From NCBI GenBank assembly GCA_043803105.1, contig JAZDKJ010000006.1, positions 128,001-192,000 on the forward strand: DNA of 64,000 nt, read 5' to 3'. Source of the DNA: Candidatus Woesearchaeota archaeon. Lineage in GTDB: Archaea; Nanobdellota; Nanobdellia; Woesearchaeales; JAZDKJ01. Of this stretch, positions 29,795-39,420 are shown piece by piece; the stretch's first letter is position 1; each line of letters begins with the position of its first letter. Position numbers and translations under genes: made by a program. The notes under the pieces were generated by a model. It was not told the DNA's origin. It did not search any database and saw nothing but the letters and a program-made list of their open reading frames with translations.

Positions 29795-31541
29795 GGCCTT
29801 GTTTCTCTGCTGTCTTCTTGTGTCCATCGCTGTGCTATGCACTCTCGTTTACGCACCTCCCACACCTCACAGCATGGCTGGCTTTATTTTTACAAGCGGC
29901 AAAAGGCAGGTCCCCTTCAACACACCATTTTCAGTCAACGATACAAATAGCTCTGATTTTATCCGTTCCAGGACAAGCGTTCCGGCTGCAGCCCTCTCTG
30001 GCCGCTATTTTGTTGTGATAAATGGTACAGACAATGATACAATTCTTATGTATGCGTGGAATATAACATACTATGGTAAGACCACCTCAAAGCTCAAGCC
30101 TGATGAGGATAATGTCAATGCCACAATAAACCTTTTGAGGTCCCCTGAGCTCAATATCACAGTCACATTTCCCGCGCAAAATGCGAGCCTGGAGACAGAC
30201 CTGTTTTATAATGTGTCTGCTAGCGCTAAGGTCCTGGGTGCAGATGGTGTATCCTGCAATCTTACCCTAGGTTTTTCTGACACTGGGCCTTTTAACATAA
30301 GTCCTTCTGACAGCGTGACCCATGGCCTTGGAAATCCCTCCAGGGGTTCGACCCTCTCCACTAAATGGAATATTACGGCAGACTCTGTTGGTAATTCTTC
30401 TCTTGTGATTACTGGGAGATGTGCAAACGAAAACCTGAAACTTGAGGCAAACCAATTTGTTTCCCTTTCTGGAATCCAGGCAAAAGACAAGACTCCTCCT
30501 AGGGTCAGGCTAAAGAGCCCTGCAAACAATACTGCCCTGTTCAGGTCAAAGACTGTAGTCTTTTACTACAATGTGACCGATGCCTCTGCCATCAAGAACT
30601 GTACACTGAACATCAACAAGAAGATTAACATGACCAATTCAACGCGGATTGTAAGGAATACAAGATTGAATTTCACCCTGTCTCTCAACAACGGAAGATA
30701 CAATTGGTCTGTTAACTGCACTGATATTTATGGTAATGTTGGCTTTTCAGGTAATTTCAATCTTACCATGAAGGTCCATCCGCCGCTCTTCACTCGCCTT
30801 GCAATAGATGATCCCATAGACCTGGTGTCTGGTGGTCTCATAAACGTGACTTGCAATGCCACAATTTTTGACGAGATTAGTGCTGGAAATATCCTTCTTG
30901 TCAATGCCACTTTTTTTGACTTCTCTCAGGCTAAATCAACCTCTTCTGATGACCGCAATAATCATTACCATAACCATAATTGCTCGAAGATCGCAAACTC
31001 GAGCAATTACCTGAACGTGAGCTGCAAATTCGAGCTTTTCTATTATGCAAACAGCGGCACCTGGATTTGCAACCTGACCGCCTTTAGCACTGACAACCTG
31101 ACCAACCGTTCTTCGGTTAGCACCACTGTTGACGAGTTGTTTGCAGTTGGCGCAGACCCATTTCTGGATTTTGGCAACTTAGGTCCATCGTCTGTTTCCA
31201 CTGACTCAAACCTTAGCCTGGTCAATCTTGGTAACAAGGACATTTTGGTGAGCCTTGAAGGCTATGGCAAGGTTCTTGCAGACAACCTTTCGATGCGCTG
31301 TCCAAAGGGAAACATTTCTGTCGGCTATGAGCATTACTCAGTGTCTTATCAGACTCCCTTCTCTTCAATGACCAACCTGACCTCCGCGCCTGTTCTTGTT
31401 GAAGGCTTTGTCCTGTCCCGCCGGACTAATGACTATATATATACTAATGATACGAATAAGACTTTTTGGAAGCTTGCAATTCCATACGGTCTAAAGGGGG
31501 CCTGTAACGGTACTGTTGTGGTAGGCGCAACACCTACATAA
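29787..31541 (+). CDS. Secreted multidomain protein whose C-terminal half belongs to 'family B' (34449, 40169)
   Basis: AGGAGG SD; IDLVSG...C.AT..D, NNHYHNHNC, YYANSGTWICN, LDFGNL, N.GN, TFWKLAIPYGLKGACNGTVVV. Confidence 0.85.
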   Translation: MIKALFLCCLLVSIAVLCTLVYAPPTPHSMAGFIFTSGKRQVPFNTPFSVNDTNSSDFIRSRTSVPAAALSGRYFVVINGTDNDTILMYAWNITYYGKTTSKLKPDEDNVNATINLLRSPELNITVTFPAQNASLETDLFYNVSASAKVLGADGVSCNLTLGFSDTGPFNISPSDSVTHGLGNPSRGSTLSTKWNITADSVGNSSLVITGRCANENLKLEANQFVSLSGIQAKDKTPPRVRLKSPANNTALFRSKTVVFYYNVTDASAIKNCTLNINKKINMTNSTRIVRNTRLNFTLSLNNGRYNWSVNCTDIYGNVGFSGNFNLTMKVHPPLFTRLAIDDPIDLVSGGLINVTCNATIFDEISAGNILLVNATFFDFSQAKSTSSDDRNNHYHNHNCSKIANSSNYLNVSCKFELFYYANSGTWICNLTAFSTDNLTNRSSVSTTVDELFAVGADPFLDFGNLGPSSVSTDSNLSLVNLGNKDILVSLEGYGKVLADNLSMRCPKGNISVGYEHYSVSYQTPFSSMTNLTSAPVLVEGFVLSRRTNDYIYTNDTNKTFWKLAIPYGLKGACNGTVVVGATPT

Positions 31542-31603
31542 TTCACTAGTAAATCATGACAAAACTTTTTAAACAACAGCCTGCGAATTTCTGTTAGATA
31601 CCT

Positions 31604-32365
31604 ATGCCTATATTCAGCCTGAAAAAGGAAAAAAAGGACGATGCCAAAGGTTCTGAGGTGCCAGACGAGCTTCCTTCCCTTTCAGAACCTGAGATTTCTC
31701 CCCCTAAACCTCAGGTTAAGCAAGATTCTAAAGTTGGGGTTCAGCCCATTCAGGCCAATCCATTAGTCAAGCCAGTTGAGCCTTCCCCTGAACTTCCAAA
31801 GCTTGAGCCCGAGCCATTTATTCAACAACCCGTTGCTGCACCTGTGGCCACTTTTGTCATGCCTGAGGATCCGGAACCTTCTCAACCAAAAAAATTGATT
31901 GATCACATCAACCTTATCGACAAACTGCGTGGCCAGCTCACTCTAACTGAGTTCGAGATAAACCAATTGGGTAAAATGCTTTCTGACAAGCATCGTTTCC
32001 TGGGAGAGCTCAGAGCAGAGCTCGAAAGCGAAGTGCTAAATGTCAAGGTTGAATTGGGTCTTGAGCAGAGAAAGCCTATGCAGCAGATGGTTGCCTCGCA
32101 ACAGGAGCCCAGAAGGCCTGTTGTTGTCAGTCCAGACAAGGCTTTTTGTTTTGCCGATGGTTCTCGTGCAACCAGCCTGCTTGAACTTTATGAGAAGCTA
32201 AGGTTTATGCCAGATTCTGTCTTTTCTGCTTATTGTAACGAGCAGAAAAATGATTTCTACCTCTGGATAACAGAGTTTTTCAAGGATGATTTGCTTGCTT
32301 TCAAGCTCAAGCCATTAACCTCTAGACAGGCTGTCATTCAGGTGCTTGCTGACTTTCTAACTTAA
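31604..32365 (+). CDS. Cytoplasmic protein: Pro-rich N-terminus, coiled coil, C-terminal DUF5752-like domain
   Basis: AFCFADGSRATSLLELYEKL...FSAYCNEQKNDFYLWITEFFKDDLLA. Confidence 0.65.
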   Translation: MPIFSLKKEKKDDAKGSEVPDELPSLSEPEISPPKPQVKQDSKVGVQPIQANPLVKPVEPSPELPKLEPEPFIQQPVAAPVATFVMPEDPEPSQPKKLIDHINLIDKLRGQLTLTEFEINQLGKMLSDKHRFLGELRAELESEVLNVKVELGLEQRKPMQQMVASQQEPRRPVVVSPDKAFCFADGSRATSLLELYEKLRFMPDSVFSAYCNEQKNDFYLWITEFFKDDLLAFKLKPLTSRQAVIQVLADFLT

Positions 32366-32520
32366 CAGTAAATCATGCTTTTTCTGTTGATTAAAAGCTG
32401 TATTACAGCCTTAAAATTAAAAATAAGCCTAATTTGACTTTAAAATATTTTTTTGAGTTATATTTTTTGATTATGAGTCAAAGAATCAGTTTTATTAGCT
32501 ATTTATAACCTCTTTTTCAA

Positions 32521-32558
32521 GCAAAAGATTTATATATAAGTATACCAATTAGTATACT
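32521..32558 (+). promoter_or_regulatory. BRE/TATA promoter (GCAAAAGATTTATATA) followed by palindrome AGTATAC-n6-GTATACT
   Basis: TATA at 32529-32536; perfect 7-bp inverted repeat at 32539-32558 running up to the expected start site, within an AT-rich intergenic region. Confidence 0.6.
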
Positions 32559-32658
32559 AATATAATATATATCGTAAAAACTATATTAAGATAGTACAAA
32601 GGAAATTAAGATATGGATTATCATCGATTTATTCAATAAGCAACCTGGAGGATTACAA

Positions 32659-32862
32659 ATGCAAGATTTGTTTTCGGATTTTGTCGGGCACCAAGTGAAA
32701 GTCCCTTATAAGGATGGAAACCAGATTAAGGTTGCTCGAGGCCGCCTCGAAGTCATCAATGATGGCTTTGTCCGCATTGCAGGAGATCTTGGCACCATCA
32801 TCATCAACACGAAGAACATAGAGAAGATGTCTAGGATTAGCGACGGGAGTCGCTTCAGATGA
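32659..32862 (+). CDS. Small Sm/LSm-like beta-barrel protein
   Basis: GGAGG SD; FVGHQVKV...G....RGRL...DGFVRI.......INTKNI pattern. Confidence 0.55.
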   Translation: MQDLFSDFVGHQVKVPYKDGNQIKVARGRLEVINDGFVRIAGDLGTIIINTKNIEKMSRISDGSRFR

Positions 32863-32891
32863 TCAAAATAGAGCAAAAGGAGGTTAGGAAA

Positions 32892-33683
32892 ATGAGGTTA
32901 AGCAAGAGCATGGCAAGAGCGTATGGTTTGCTGATAACAATTACTGTTATCCTAGCATACATGGTGTTTGCAGGGAACAGGGATCCTGTCGGCCCTGAGA
33001 AGTTGAATGTTGTCGACAGCCAGCGCATGGATTCATGGGGCGGTGCTCCTATTGATGCAGAGGCTGGTAACGTGACAGAGCTCTTCTTAAACGCTACAAG
33101 CATCACCCAGCATTGGGCAGGCTTCTACGGTAATGTTTCTGGTATCATCACTTTGGATGATTTGTCCAACAGCACTATGTATGATTGGCTTGTTGCTGAG
33201 CCTGGTGGTGCGGTTTACGCTACCCCAAGAAACCCTCCTGTATGGACGGCAATTGACTGCCTGAACAAGACCTCCATTTTTAACGAGACTGAACTTGAGC
33301 ACAACCTTTCAATGGAAAAGAACGACGAGGACGGTGTTAACGAGACCTTTTGCCCCGGCTGTAATGCTGGCTCAAAAGACGATGCCACAACCCACCCTGG
33401 TTTTTTCGTAGGCACAAAGCAGTTCCTTCCAGGTGACTGCTGGGCCTTGAATACATACGTTAACAACAGTCGCCAGACTGGAGACTTTATTGAGGTCTTG
33501 CTGCAAGACCAGCGCGACGCAGTCTACATGACTATTATTGAGGATGATAGCCCTAACTCAAAGGGCAAGAAATTTGGTTTTGATGGTAGACTCCATGACT
33601 TCCAGATGTTGGTCGGCGAGAACGGTAATGGTACCCGTGTTTGGACAACCACTACTTATTACTTTTATGTAGAGCTTGAATGA
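32892..33683 (+). CDS. Secreted 'family A' protein, subtype I (paralogue 1)
   Basis: GGAGGT SD; signal peptide; PVGP, AEAGNVTEL, WAGFYGNVSG.ITLDD, HDFQMLVGE, YYFYVELE. Confidence 0.9.
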   Translation: MRLSKSMARAYGLLITITVILAYMVFAGNRDPVGPEKLNVVDSQRMDSWGGAPIDAEAGNVTELFLNATSITQHWAGFYGNVSGIITLDDLSNSTMYDWLVAEPGGAVYATPRNPPVWTAIDCLNKTSIFNETELEHNLSMEKNDEDGVNETFCPGCNAGSKDDATTHPGFFVGTKQFLPGDCWALNTYVNNSRQTGDFIEVLLQDQRDAVYMTIIEDDSPNSKGKKFGFDGRLHDFQMLVGENGNGTRVWTTTTYYFYVELE

Positions 33684-33686
33684 GAG

Positions 33687-33705
33687 TTTTTTTTATTTTT
33701 TTTTT
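33687..33705 (+). terminator. Oligo-T archaeal terminator-like tract after family A paralogue 1
   Basis: Two long T runs separated by one A immediately after the stop codon. Confidence 0.55.
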
Positions 33706-33733
33706 AGAGAAAGAGAATTTGTAGAGGCAGAGT

Positions 33734-34465
33734 ATGATAACAAGAGGTAAAGAATACAGGACAATTGCCTGTTTGGCACTGATTGCGCTATACCTTGCGG
33801 TAACTGTGCTGGCAGCGCCTGTTGGGCCTGATTCTATTACTTATGTCCAGAATGCATCTAGGGGCGTGAAGGGCCCTATTGCTAGGACTCAGGACGAGCG
33901 CGGCACAATAACCACTATTCGCATCAATGTTACCCAGCAGAGCCTCTATTGGAAAGCCTATCTAGGCAATGTTTCTGGCAAGATTACTTTGGATGATAAT
34001 CTCAATTACACAATGTTTGATTGGACCCTCACCTCGTCAGGAGGCGAGGTCTTTGCCTCAAGAAAAGCGTCCACTGTATTATGGACCTCTATAAGGTGCG
34101 CAAACAAGACTGTTGTAGAGGCAGAAAGCCTGGCTCTCAACCACACCTTTGAGAAGACCGATGGTCTCAACAAGACCTTTAGGCGCAACAACCACACAAG
34201 CTTCTTCGTGGGCAACCAGCCTATCGGAGCTAACTCCTGTAATCATACAGCGCATCCTTATGTCAATGATGGTCCCCAAAAGTCCTCTTTTTCTGAGGTG
34301 CTTCTATACGATACCGAAGGTTGGATAGTCTACGCCTCTGTGATGAACCAGTCAGTGCATGGTTACAATAATCAGCACGTTGATTTCCAGATGCTTGTTG
34401 GGGAGAAAGGCCAGGAGGGTTTTCAGACTCCTGTAGCCTATTACTTTTATGTCGAGCTCACATAG
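33734..34465 (+). CDS. Secreted 'family A' protein, subtype II (paralogue 2)
   Basis: APVGP, GTITTIRINVTQQS, WKAYLGNVSGKITLDD, DFQMLVGE, YYFYVELT. Confidence 0.9.
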   Translation: MITRGKEYRTIACLALIALYLAVTVLAAPVGPDSITYVQNASRGVKGPIARTQDERGTITTIRINVTQQSLYWKAYLGNVSGKITLDDNLNYTMFDWTLTSSGGEVFASRKASTVLWTSIRCANKTVVEAESLALNHTFEKTDGLNKTFRRNNHTSFFVGNQPIGANSCNHTAHPYVNDGPQKSSFSEVLLYDTEGWIVYASVMNQSVHGYNNQHVDFQMLVGEKGQEGFQTPVAYYFYVELT

Positions 34466-35444
34466 TTTTTCCAGGCTTGAAATTACAGCCATCAGCCTTT
34501 TAGTCTCACTTATTTTTTATGCTATTCTTATTTCTTTCATTTTGCCTTTTGATGCATCCCGGGCATTTGCTGCTCCGGGGTATGTTAATGATACTGCAAC
34601 AACCTTGCTGAATATCACCAACTTCGCACCGCGGGTTATCAACGTGCTCGTTGATGATATTAACTCTTCTCCTGTTCATGAGATTGATCTTGTTTCAGGC
34701 ACCACCCGCAAGGTTTGGTGTAATGGTACTGTTGTTGATTGGAATGGCAAGGATGATATTATTGCGGTGAACGCCACTCTTTATTTTATTGCGAACAAGT
34801 CTTCAACCCCTAATGATAAAAATGAGCATTACTCCAACAGGAGCTGCAATGCATACAGGTCAGGCACGTACAACAAGACTTATTCGTGCACTTTCGCTGT
34901 CTGGTTTTTTGCTAACAACGGCACCTGGTACTGCAACATGAGCGCCTGGGATAACGGGACTGCAAATTTTGATGGTCGTGGTGCTTACAACTCCTCAACC
35001 AACAGGACAAAGGTAAATCCTCTCTATGGCTTGAGTGTGCCCCCAATCATTAATTATGGGGAATTGGCCCTCAATAAGACCTCTCTAACTGATAAGATAG
35101 AGAACGTCACAAACACAGGCAATATGAATATTGACCTACAGCTTTATGGCTATGGCGGCTCAGTAAGAATTGAGAACAACCAGTCCCTTAAGTGCCGTAT
35201 GGGCACGATTCCGATAAGGAATGAACACTTTTCTTTAACTGTAGACACTGCGTTTGAGTCAATGACAAATCTCTCCGGCCAGTTTGCCAACCCTAATGAC
35301 ATTAACAATTTCAATCTGGCTCAGCGCAAGAGTGAGACAATCAACAGCACTAGAAACACTTACTGGAAGATAAGGGTTCCTCCAGTTGGAGTCAAAGGCC
35401 AGTGCAACGGTACCATCGTTTTCTCTTCGGTTATAGATGATTAA
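34449..35444 (+). CDS. Secreted two-domain 'family B' protein (B1)
   Basis: N-terminal hydrophobic segment; INYGEL, VTNTGN, TYWKIRVP, KGQCNGTIVF. Confidence 0.88.
   Translation: MSSSHSFSRLEITAISLLVSLIFYAILISFILPFDASRAFAAPGYVNDTATTLLNITNFAPRVINVLVDDINSSPVHEIDLVSGTTRKVWCNGTVVDWNGKDDIIAVNATLYFIANKSSTPNDKNEHYSNRSCNAYRSGTYNKTYSCTFAVWFFANNGTWYCNMSAWDNGTANFDGRGAYNSSTNRTKVNPLYGLSVPPIINYGELALNKTSLTDKIENVTNTGNMNIDLQLYGYGGSVRIENNQSLKCRMGTIPIRNEHFSLTVDTAFESMTNLSGQFANPNDINNFNLAQRKSETINSTRNTYWKIRVPPVGVKGQCNGTIVFSSVIDD
34650..34699 (+). repeat. 50-bp perfect direct repeat shared with 40364..40413
   Basis: GTTGATGATATTAACTCTTCTCCTGTTCATGAGATTGATCTTGTTTCAGG read at both positions. Confidence 0.9.
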
Positions 35445-35532
35445 TATTAATAATTATTAATCTATGTAATTAATAAATTATTGAATTACTAAAATATATT
35501 TATTACATGAATTAATTAATAAAAACATATTT

Positions 35533-35652
35533 CTTACATAGTAAGTTTCAACTGCCCAATAAACCGCAATATTTTAATATAACCTTCTTACATAATAGGA
35601 AAATAATGGCAAAGATAGCTGTATTTGCACTAATTTTATCCTACATGATAAG
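35533..35652 (+). promoter_or_regulatory. Three phased pseudo-palindromic 13-mers (CYTACATNRTARG), candidate operators
   Basis: CTTACATAGTAAG at 35533, CTTACATAATAGG at 35587, CCTACATGATAAG at 35640; spacing 54 and 53 bp. Confidence 0.55.
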
Positions 35653-35658
35653 TATAAT

Positions 35659-36159
35659 ATGAACAAAACCACTGTCACTTCAGATAAGCTGCTTGACATT
35701 TTCGTGCAGCATCTCTCTTCTGAGCATCATTGGTCAAAGCATCAGATTGAAAGGTTAATCATTCACGAGGACAAGTCCTCTATCTCTATTCCTGTCACTG
35801 TATTCTCTACCCGCCTTCTTGGCTCCTTCGAGGCCTTGGTCAAGTTTATGCACGAGAACCTTGGGCTTAGATTGAGTCAGATTTCAAAGCTTATCAATCG
35901 TGATCCACGCACTATCTGGAACGCCTATCATGCTTCGCAGAGGAAGATGCCCGGGCCATTGCAGCCTGCAGATTCAACATTCCACCTGCCATTTGACGTT
36001 TTTTCCTCACGCAAACTGAGTGTTCTGGAGTCAATCGTCCACTTCCTAGAGCCATCTGGTCTTGGCAATAGCGAGCTTGCCAGGCTCATTAATCGCGACC
36101 CAAGGACAATCTCCACTGTCAGGTCAAGGATTGCAGTCAAACTGAAAAATGAACGATAA
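35659..36159 (+). CDS. Tandem-duplicated HTH DNA-binding protein, paralogue of 10063
   Basis: IPVTVFSTRLLGSFEALVKF...ISKLINRDPRTIWNAY and LPFDVFSSRKLSVLESIVHFL...LARLINRDPRTIST. Confidence 0.85.
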   Translation: MNKTTVTSDKLLDIFVQHLSSEHHWSKHQIERLIIHEDKSSISIPVTVFSTRLLGSFEALVKFMHENLGLRLSQISKLINRDPRTIWNAYHASQRKMPGPLQPADSTFHLPFDVFSSRKLSVLESIVHFLEPSGLGNSELARLINRDPRTISTVRSRIAVKLKNER

Positions 36160-36874
36160 GAATATCCGCAAACAGTATTTCGTCTTGATTTTGTCTCTCT
36201 TAATTATATTGCAGTATGTAGCAGCTGTGCCTATGGGCCCTGAACAGATAAAGAACCTCTCGACAGTTACCGCTCCTGTAAAGTCAGCCTACAAGCTTAA
36301 CACTACTGGAGGAACCTTCACCACTCTGCTGATCAATATCACCTCCCAGACCTATAGGTGGAAGGCTTATGCAGGTAACATAACCGGAAAACTTTCCCTG
36401 GACGACAACTTGAACTCTACTATTTACGATTGGTCAATTGCTACTGTTGCAGGTGAGGTTTACGCAACACGCTCCTCAACCACAATCACTTGGCAGAATA
36501 TTATCTGCGCGAACATCTCCACTGCAAGGGCTGAAGAACAGGCTTTGAACATCAGCTCATCCAATGATGACAGCATAAACAGGACTTTCATAAAGAGCGC
36601 TCTTGCCCATAAGGAGTTTTATACAGCCACCAAAAAGTTTGCCTCGGGCAGCTGTCCTGCGATTGCAACCTATGTCAACAACACTGCTCAATCAGGAAAT
36701 TTCCAGGAGGTGCTTTTGTATGACTCTGCCCGCATTGTATATGCTGGCCTTCTGGAAAACAAGGCAAAGGGCTTCAACAACCAGTACTATGACTTCCAGC
36801 TCATCGTGCCTGAATCAGGCCTCGAGGGCTCTCAGCCAGTAACTGCTTACTACTTCTATGTTGAGCTCACTTAG
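36149..36874 (+). CDS. Secreted 'family A' protein, subtype II (paralogue 3)
   Basis: VPMGP, GGTFTTLLINITSQT, WKAYAGNITGKLSLDD, DFQLIVPE, YYFYVELT. Confidence 0.9.
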   Translation: MNDKNIRKQYFVLILSLLIILQYVAAVPMGPEQIKNLSTVTAPVKSAYKLNTTGGTFTTLLINITSQTYRWKAYAGNITGKLSLDDNLNSTIYDWSIATVAGEVYATRSSTTITWQNIICANISTARAEEQALNISSSNDDSINRTFIKSALAHKEFYTATKKFASGSCPAIATYVNNTAQSGNFQEVLLYDSARIVYAGLLENKAKGFNNQYYDFQLIVPESGLEGSQPVTAYYFYVELT

Positions 36875-37234
36875 AAAGTAATTAATTTATTAGTTAATCA
36901 TAATTGATATATTAATCACATTAATTTATTGTTTTATTCAAATTTTATCTGTTATCGAAAGTTGCCTATACTTGCCAAATTCAACCATTTTGCTGTCATT
37001 TTTTTTGTCGTCAGAAAAAATCAATAATAAACTATTTAATTAATTATTAAAATTGATAAACATTTAAAATATATTTATTTTTGTCTCAATTTATTGACTA
37101 TAATTAATTAAAAATCGAAATGTTTATATATGAAATACCTTATGGAATACCTCAGGATATGAAAAACTATAGTGATGTATAGAAATTTAACAAAAGACAA
37201 CTGATGTACTAAGCAGTGGATTAGGAGACGACTA

Positions 37235-37855
37235 ATGGACATAGAGAGTTTGTTTACAGTATCCAAGTGGGAGATTCTCTCCCATCTTTCTCTAGGCAAG
37301 TTGTCTCCCCTCGAGTTGTCCCGCAAGCTCAACACCTCCATGGCAAACGTTAGCCAGCAGCTTCGCCTGCTTGAGTTTGCCGGCATAGTCAAGAAGGAAA
37401 AGGTCTCAGCGCGCGAGGCAGGAAAGCCACGGACCCTCTATTTTCTTGCTGATGATTTCTGCGACCTGGTTTTGCTTAGCAAGAATTTTGCTAGAAAACG
37501 CCTTTTGCGCCTGACCGAATATCACAAGATTGTCTTGAAGATTTGGATGATTGAGGATGTTTCCAGCCATTATTTCCTTGAAAAATTCTTCTGGAAGATA
37601 GAGCATCTGGTTGAGCAGACCAAGGCTATAGCGGTAGAAACCAAGGGTTCTGATATCACTGTTTACCTGGTTACTGACTCAAAAGACCTTGAGAAAAAGG
37701 TGCAGGACATCCAGTTGAAGAATGTCCAAGGCCAGACCAAGAGCATTTCTGTCAAAGTTATCCTTGAAAAAGAGCTTTTCAAGCTCTCGAAGCAGGAATT
37801 GAATGTAATTCATGATCCTGAAGGGATAATGTTAACAAAAAAAGGAGAGGTGTAA
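37235..37855 (+). CDS. ArsR-like winged-HTH regulator with a C-terminal domain (possibly degenerate nucleotidyltransferase fold)
   Basis: KWEILSHL...SPLELSRKLNTSMANVSQQLRLLEFAGIV...GKPRTLY; BRE/TATA at 37116-37130. Confidence 0.8.
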   Translation: MDIESLFTVSKWEILSHLSLGKLSPLELSRKLNTSMANVSQQLRLLEFAGIVKKEKVSAREAGKPRTLYFLADDFCDLVLLSKNFARKRLLRLTEYHKIVLKIWMIEDVSSHYFLEKFFWKIEHLVEQTKAIAVETKGSDITVYLVTDSKDLEKKVQDIQLKNVQGQTKSISVKVILEKELFKLSKQELNVIHDPEGIMLTKKGEV

Positions 37856-37857
37856 AA

Positions 37858-38613
37858 ATGGAAGAAAGGGCAATAATCAGGTTGTTGGTTTTTGCGGTTA
37901 TGATTGGCTTAAGCTTGTCAGCAGTAGTTAGCGCTGATCCAACAGGACCTGGTGTCTTGAATGCTGGGCCCTCGCAAAGGTCTGATGCTATAGGCAAGGA
38001 TGCAAAGCAGGTTGCAGCAGAGGCAGGCAATGTAACAGAGCTTGACATCGACGCCAATATCATCACCAAGACTTGGCAGGGCTATTATGGTAACATTAGC
38101 GGAGTGATAACCCTCGACGATGCACAGAACAAGACGATGTACAACTGGATTGATGCGAACCCTCAGGGTGAGATATTCTCAACGAACAGTACTTCAGTAT
38201 CCTGGGCTGATGTGTTTTGCTTCAACATGGATCCAGATCTGCCAAACGAAGGTAACCTTACCACCTTTGAGTCTTACATAGGTGTTCCTGGCTCAGCAAT
38301 GGACGGAATTAATGAGACCTTCAAGACCAAGGACCACTCTGCATTCCAGATTGGCTCAAGGACAATCAACGCTGATTCATGCTGGTCTGTGAAGACCTAT
38401 GTTAATGACGCAGTGCAGGCCTCGAGCAACTTCATTGAGGTGATGCTGGTTGATAATGACTCCAGGGAGGCGGTGTTTGCCACAATCCTGAACAACAGCG
38501 TTACAGGTTTTGACGCTAAGCCGCATGATTTCCAGATGCTGGTGCCGGTTGCAGGAGGCCATGCGATTCCAGCAACGCTTGATACATTTTACTTTTATGT
38601 AGAGCTTGAGTAA
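37858..38613 (+). CDS. Secreted 'family A' protein, subtype I (paralogue 4)
   Basis: DPTGP, AEAGNVTEL, WQGYYGNISGVITLDD, HDFQMLVP, FYFYVELE. Confidence 0.9.
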   Translation: MEERAIIRLLVFAVMIGLSLSAVVSADPTGPGVLNAGPSQRSDAIGKDAKQVAAEAGNVTELDIDANIITKTWQGYYGNISGVITLDDAQNKTMYNWIDANPQGEIFSTNSTSVSWADVFCFNMDPDLPNEGNLTTFESYIGVPGSAMDGINETFKTKDHSAFQIGSRTINADSCWSVKTYVNDAVQASSNFIEVMLVDNDSREAVFATILNNSVTGFDAKPHDFQMLVPVAGGHAIPATLDTFYFYVELE

Positions 38614-38650
38614 AGCTGAGTAATAGAGAAGAAAGAAAAAACACACCATA

Positions 38651-39388
38651 TTGAAAGCGAATAGAGGTTTGGAAGAGTTAGTAATAGCCTTTTTGATAGC
38701 ATTTGCTATCATGGCTGTTGCTGTTGCAGCCCCTAACGGGCCAAATAATTTGGAGGTTTTGAAAAGCGAAAGAATGAAGCCGATTGCCGGTGCAAGTGTG
38801 CCTGCCCAGGCAGGGAATGTAACTGAGTTGAACATAAACGCAACCTCAGTCACAAAATCCTGGCAGGGTTACTTCGGTAACATTAGCGGAGTGATAACCC
38901 TGGACAATGCAAACAACATGACGATGTATAACTGGGTTGATGCTAGTCCCCAAGGCGAGGTTTATGCATCGCCTGCACAGATTAGCAGTTGGGCTTCGGT
39001 CAAGTGCATAAATTTTAGTGCGCACAGCCCAGAGCTTAACCTCTCTAACCTTGAGTCTTCGCTTGGCATGAGGACTGCTGATGTGGATGGCGTGAACGAG
39101 ACCTTCAGATATAGTTTCAGTGGCGATTTTTGGGTTGGCTCTGTTCATATTACCTCAGGGAATGAATGCCCTGCCACCTACACCTTCAAGAACGATGCCC
39201 CCCAGTCTGTGGATTTTGTTGAGGTATTGCTAACAGACTCTACGGATGTGATTTACGCATCCATCCTGGAGGACAGCGTTGCTGGTTTCGATGAAAAACC
39301 GCATGACTTTCAGATGCTTGTTGGGGAGAATGGCCATAACGGTGACGTTGCCGTTACCCAATATTACTTTTATGTCGAATTGGAGTGA
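38651..39388 (+). CDS. Secreted 'family A' protein, subtype I (paralogue 5)
   Basis: APNGP, AQAGNVTEL, WQGYFGNISGVITLD, HDFQMLVGE, YYFYVELE; TTG start uncertain. Confidence 0.88.
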   Translation: MKANRGLEELVIAFLIAFAIMAVAVAAPNGPNNLEVLKSERMKPIAGASVPAQAGNVTELNINATSVTKSWQGYFGNISGVITLDNANNMTMYNWVDASPQGEVYASPAQISSWASVKCINFSAHSPELNLSNLESSLGMRTADVDGVNETFRYSFSGDFWVGSVHITSGNECPATYTFKNDAPQSVDFVEVLLTDSTDVIYASILEDSVAGFDEKPHDFQMLVGENGHNGDVAVTQYYFYVELE

Positions 39389-39420
39389 TAGAGTGATAAT
39401 TACAAAGGAGGTCAATCAAT

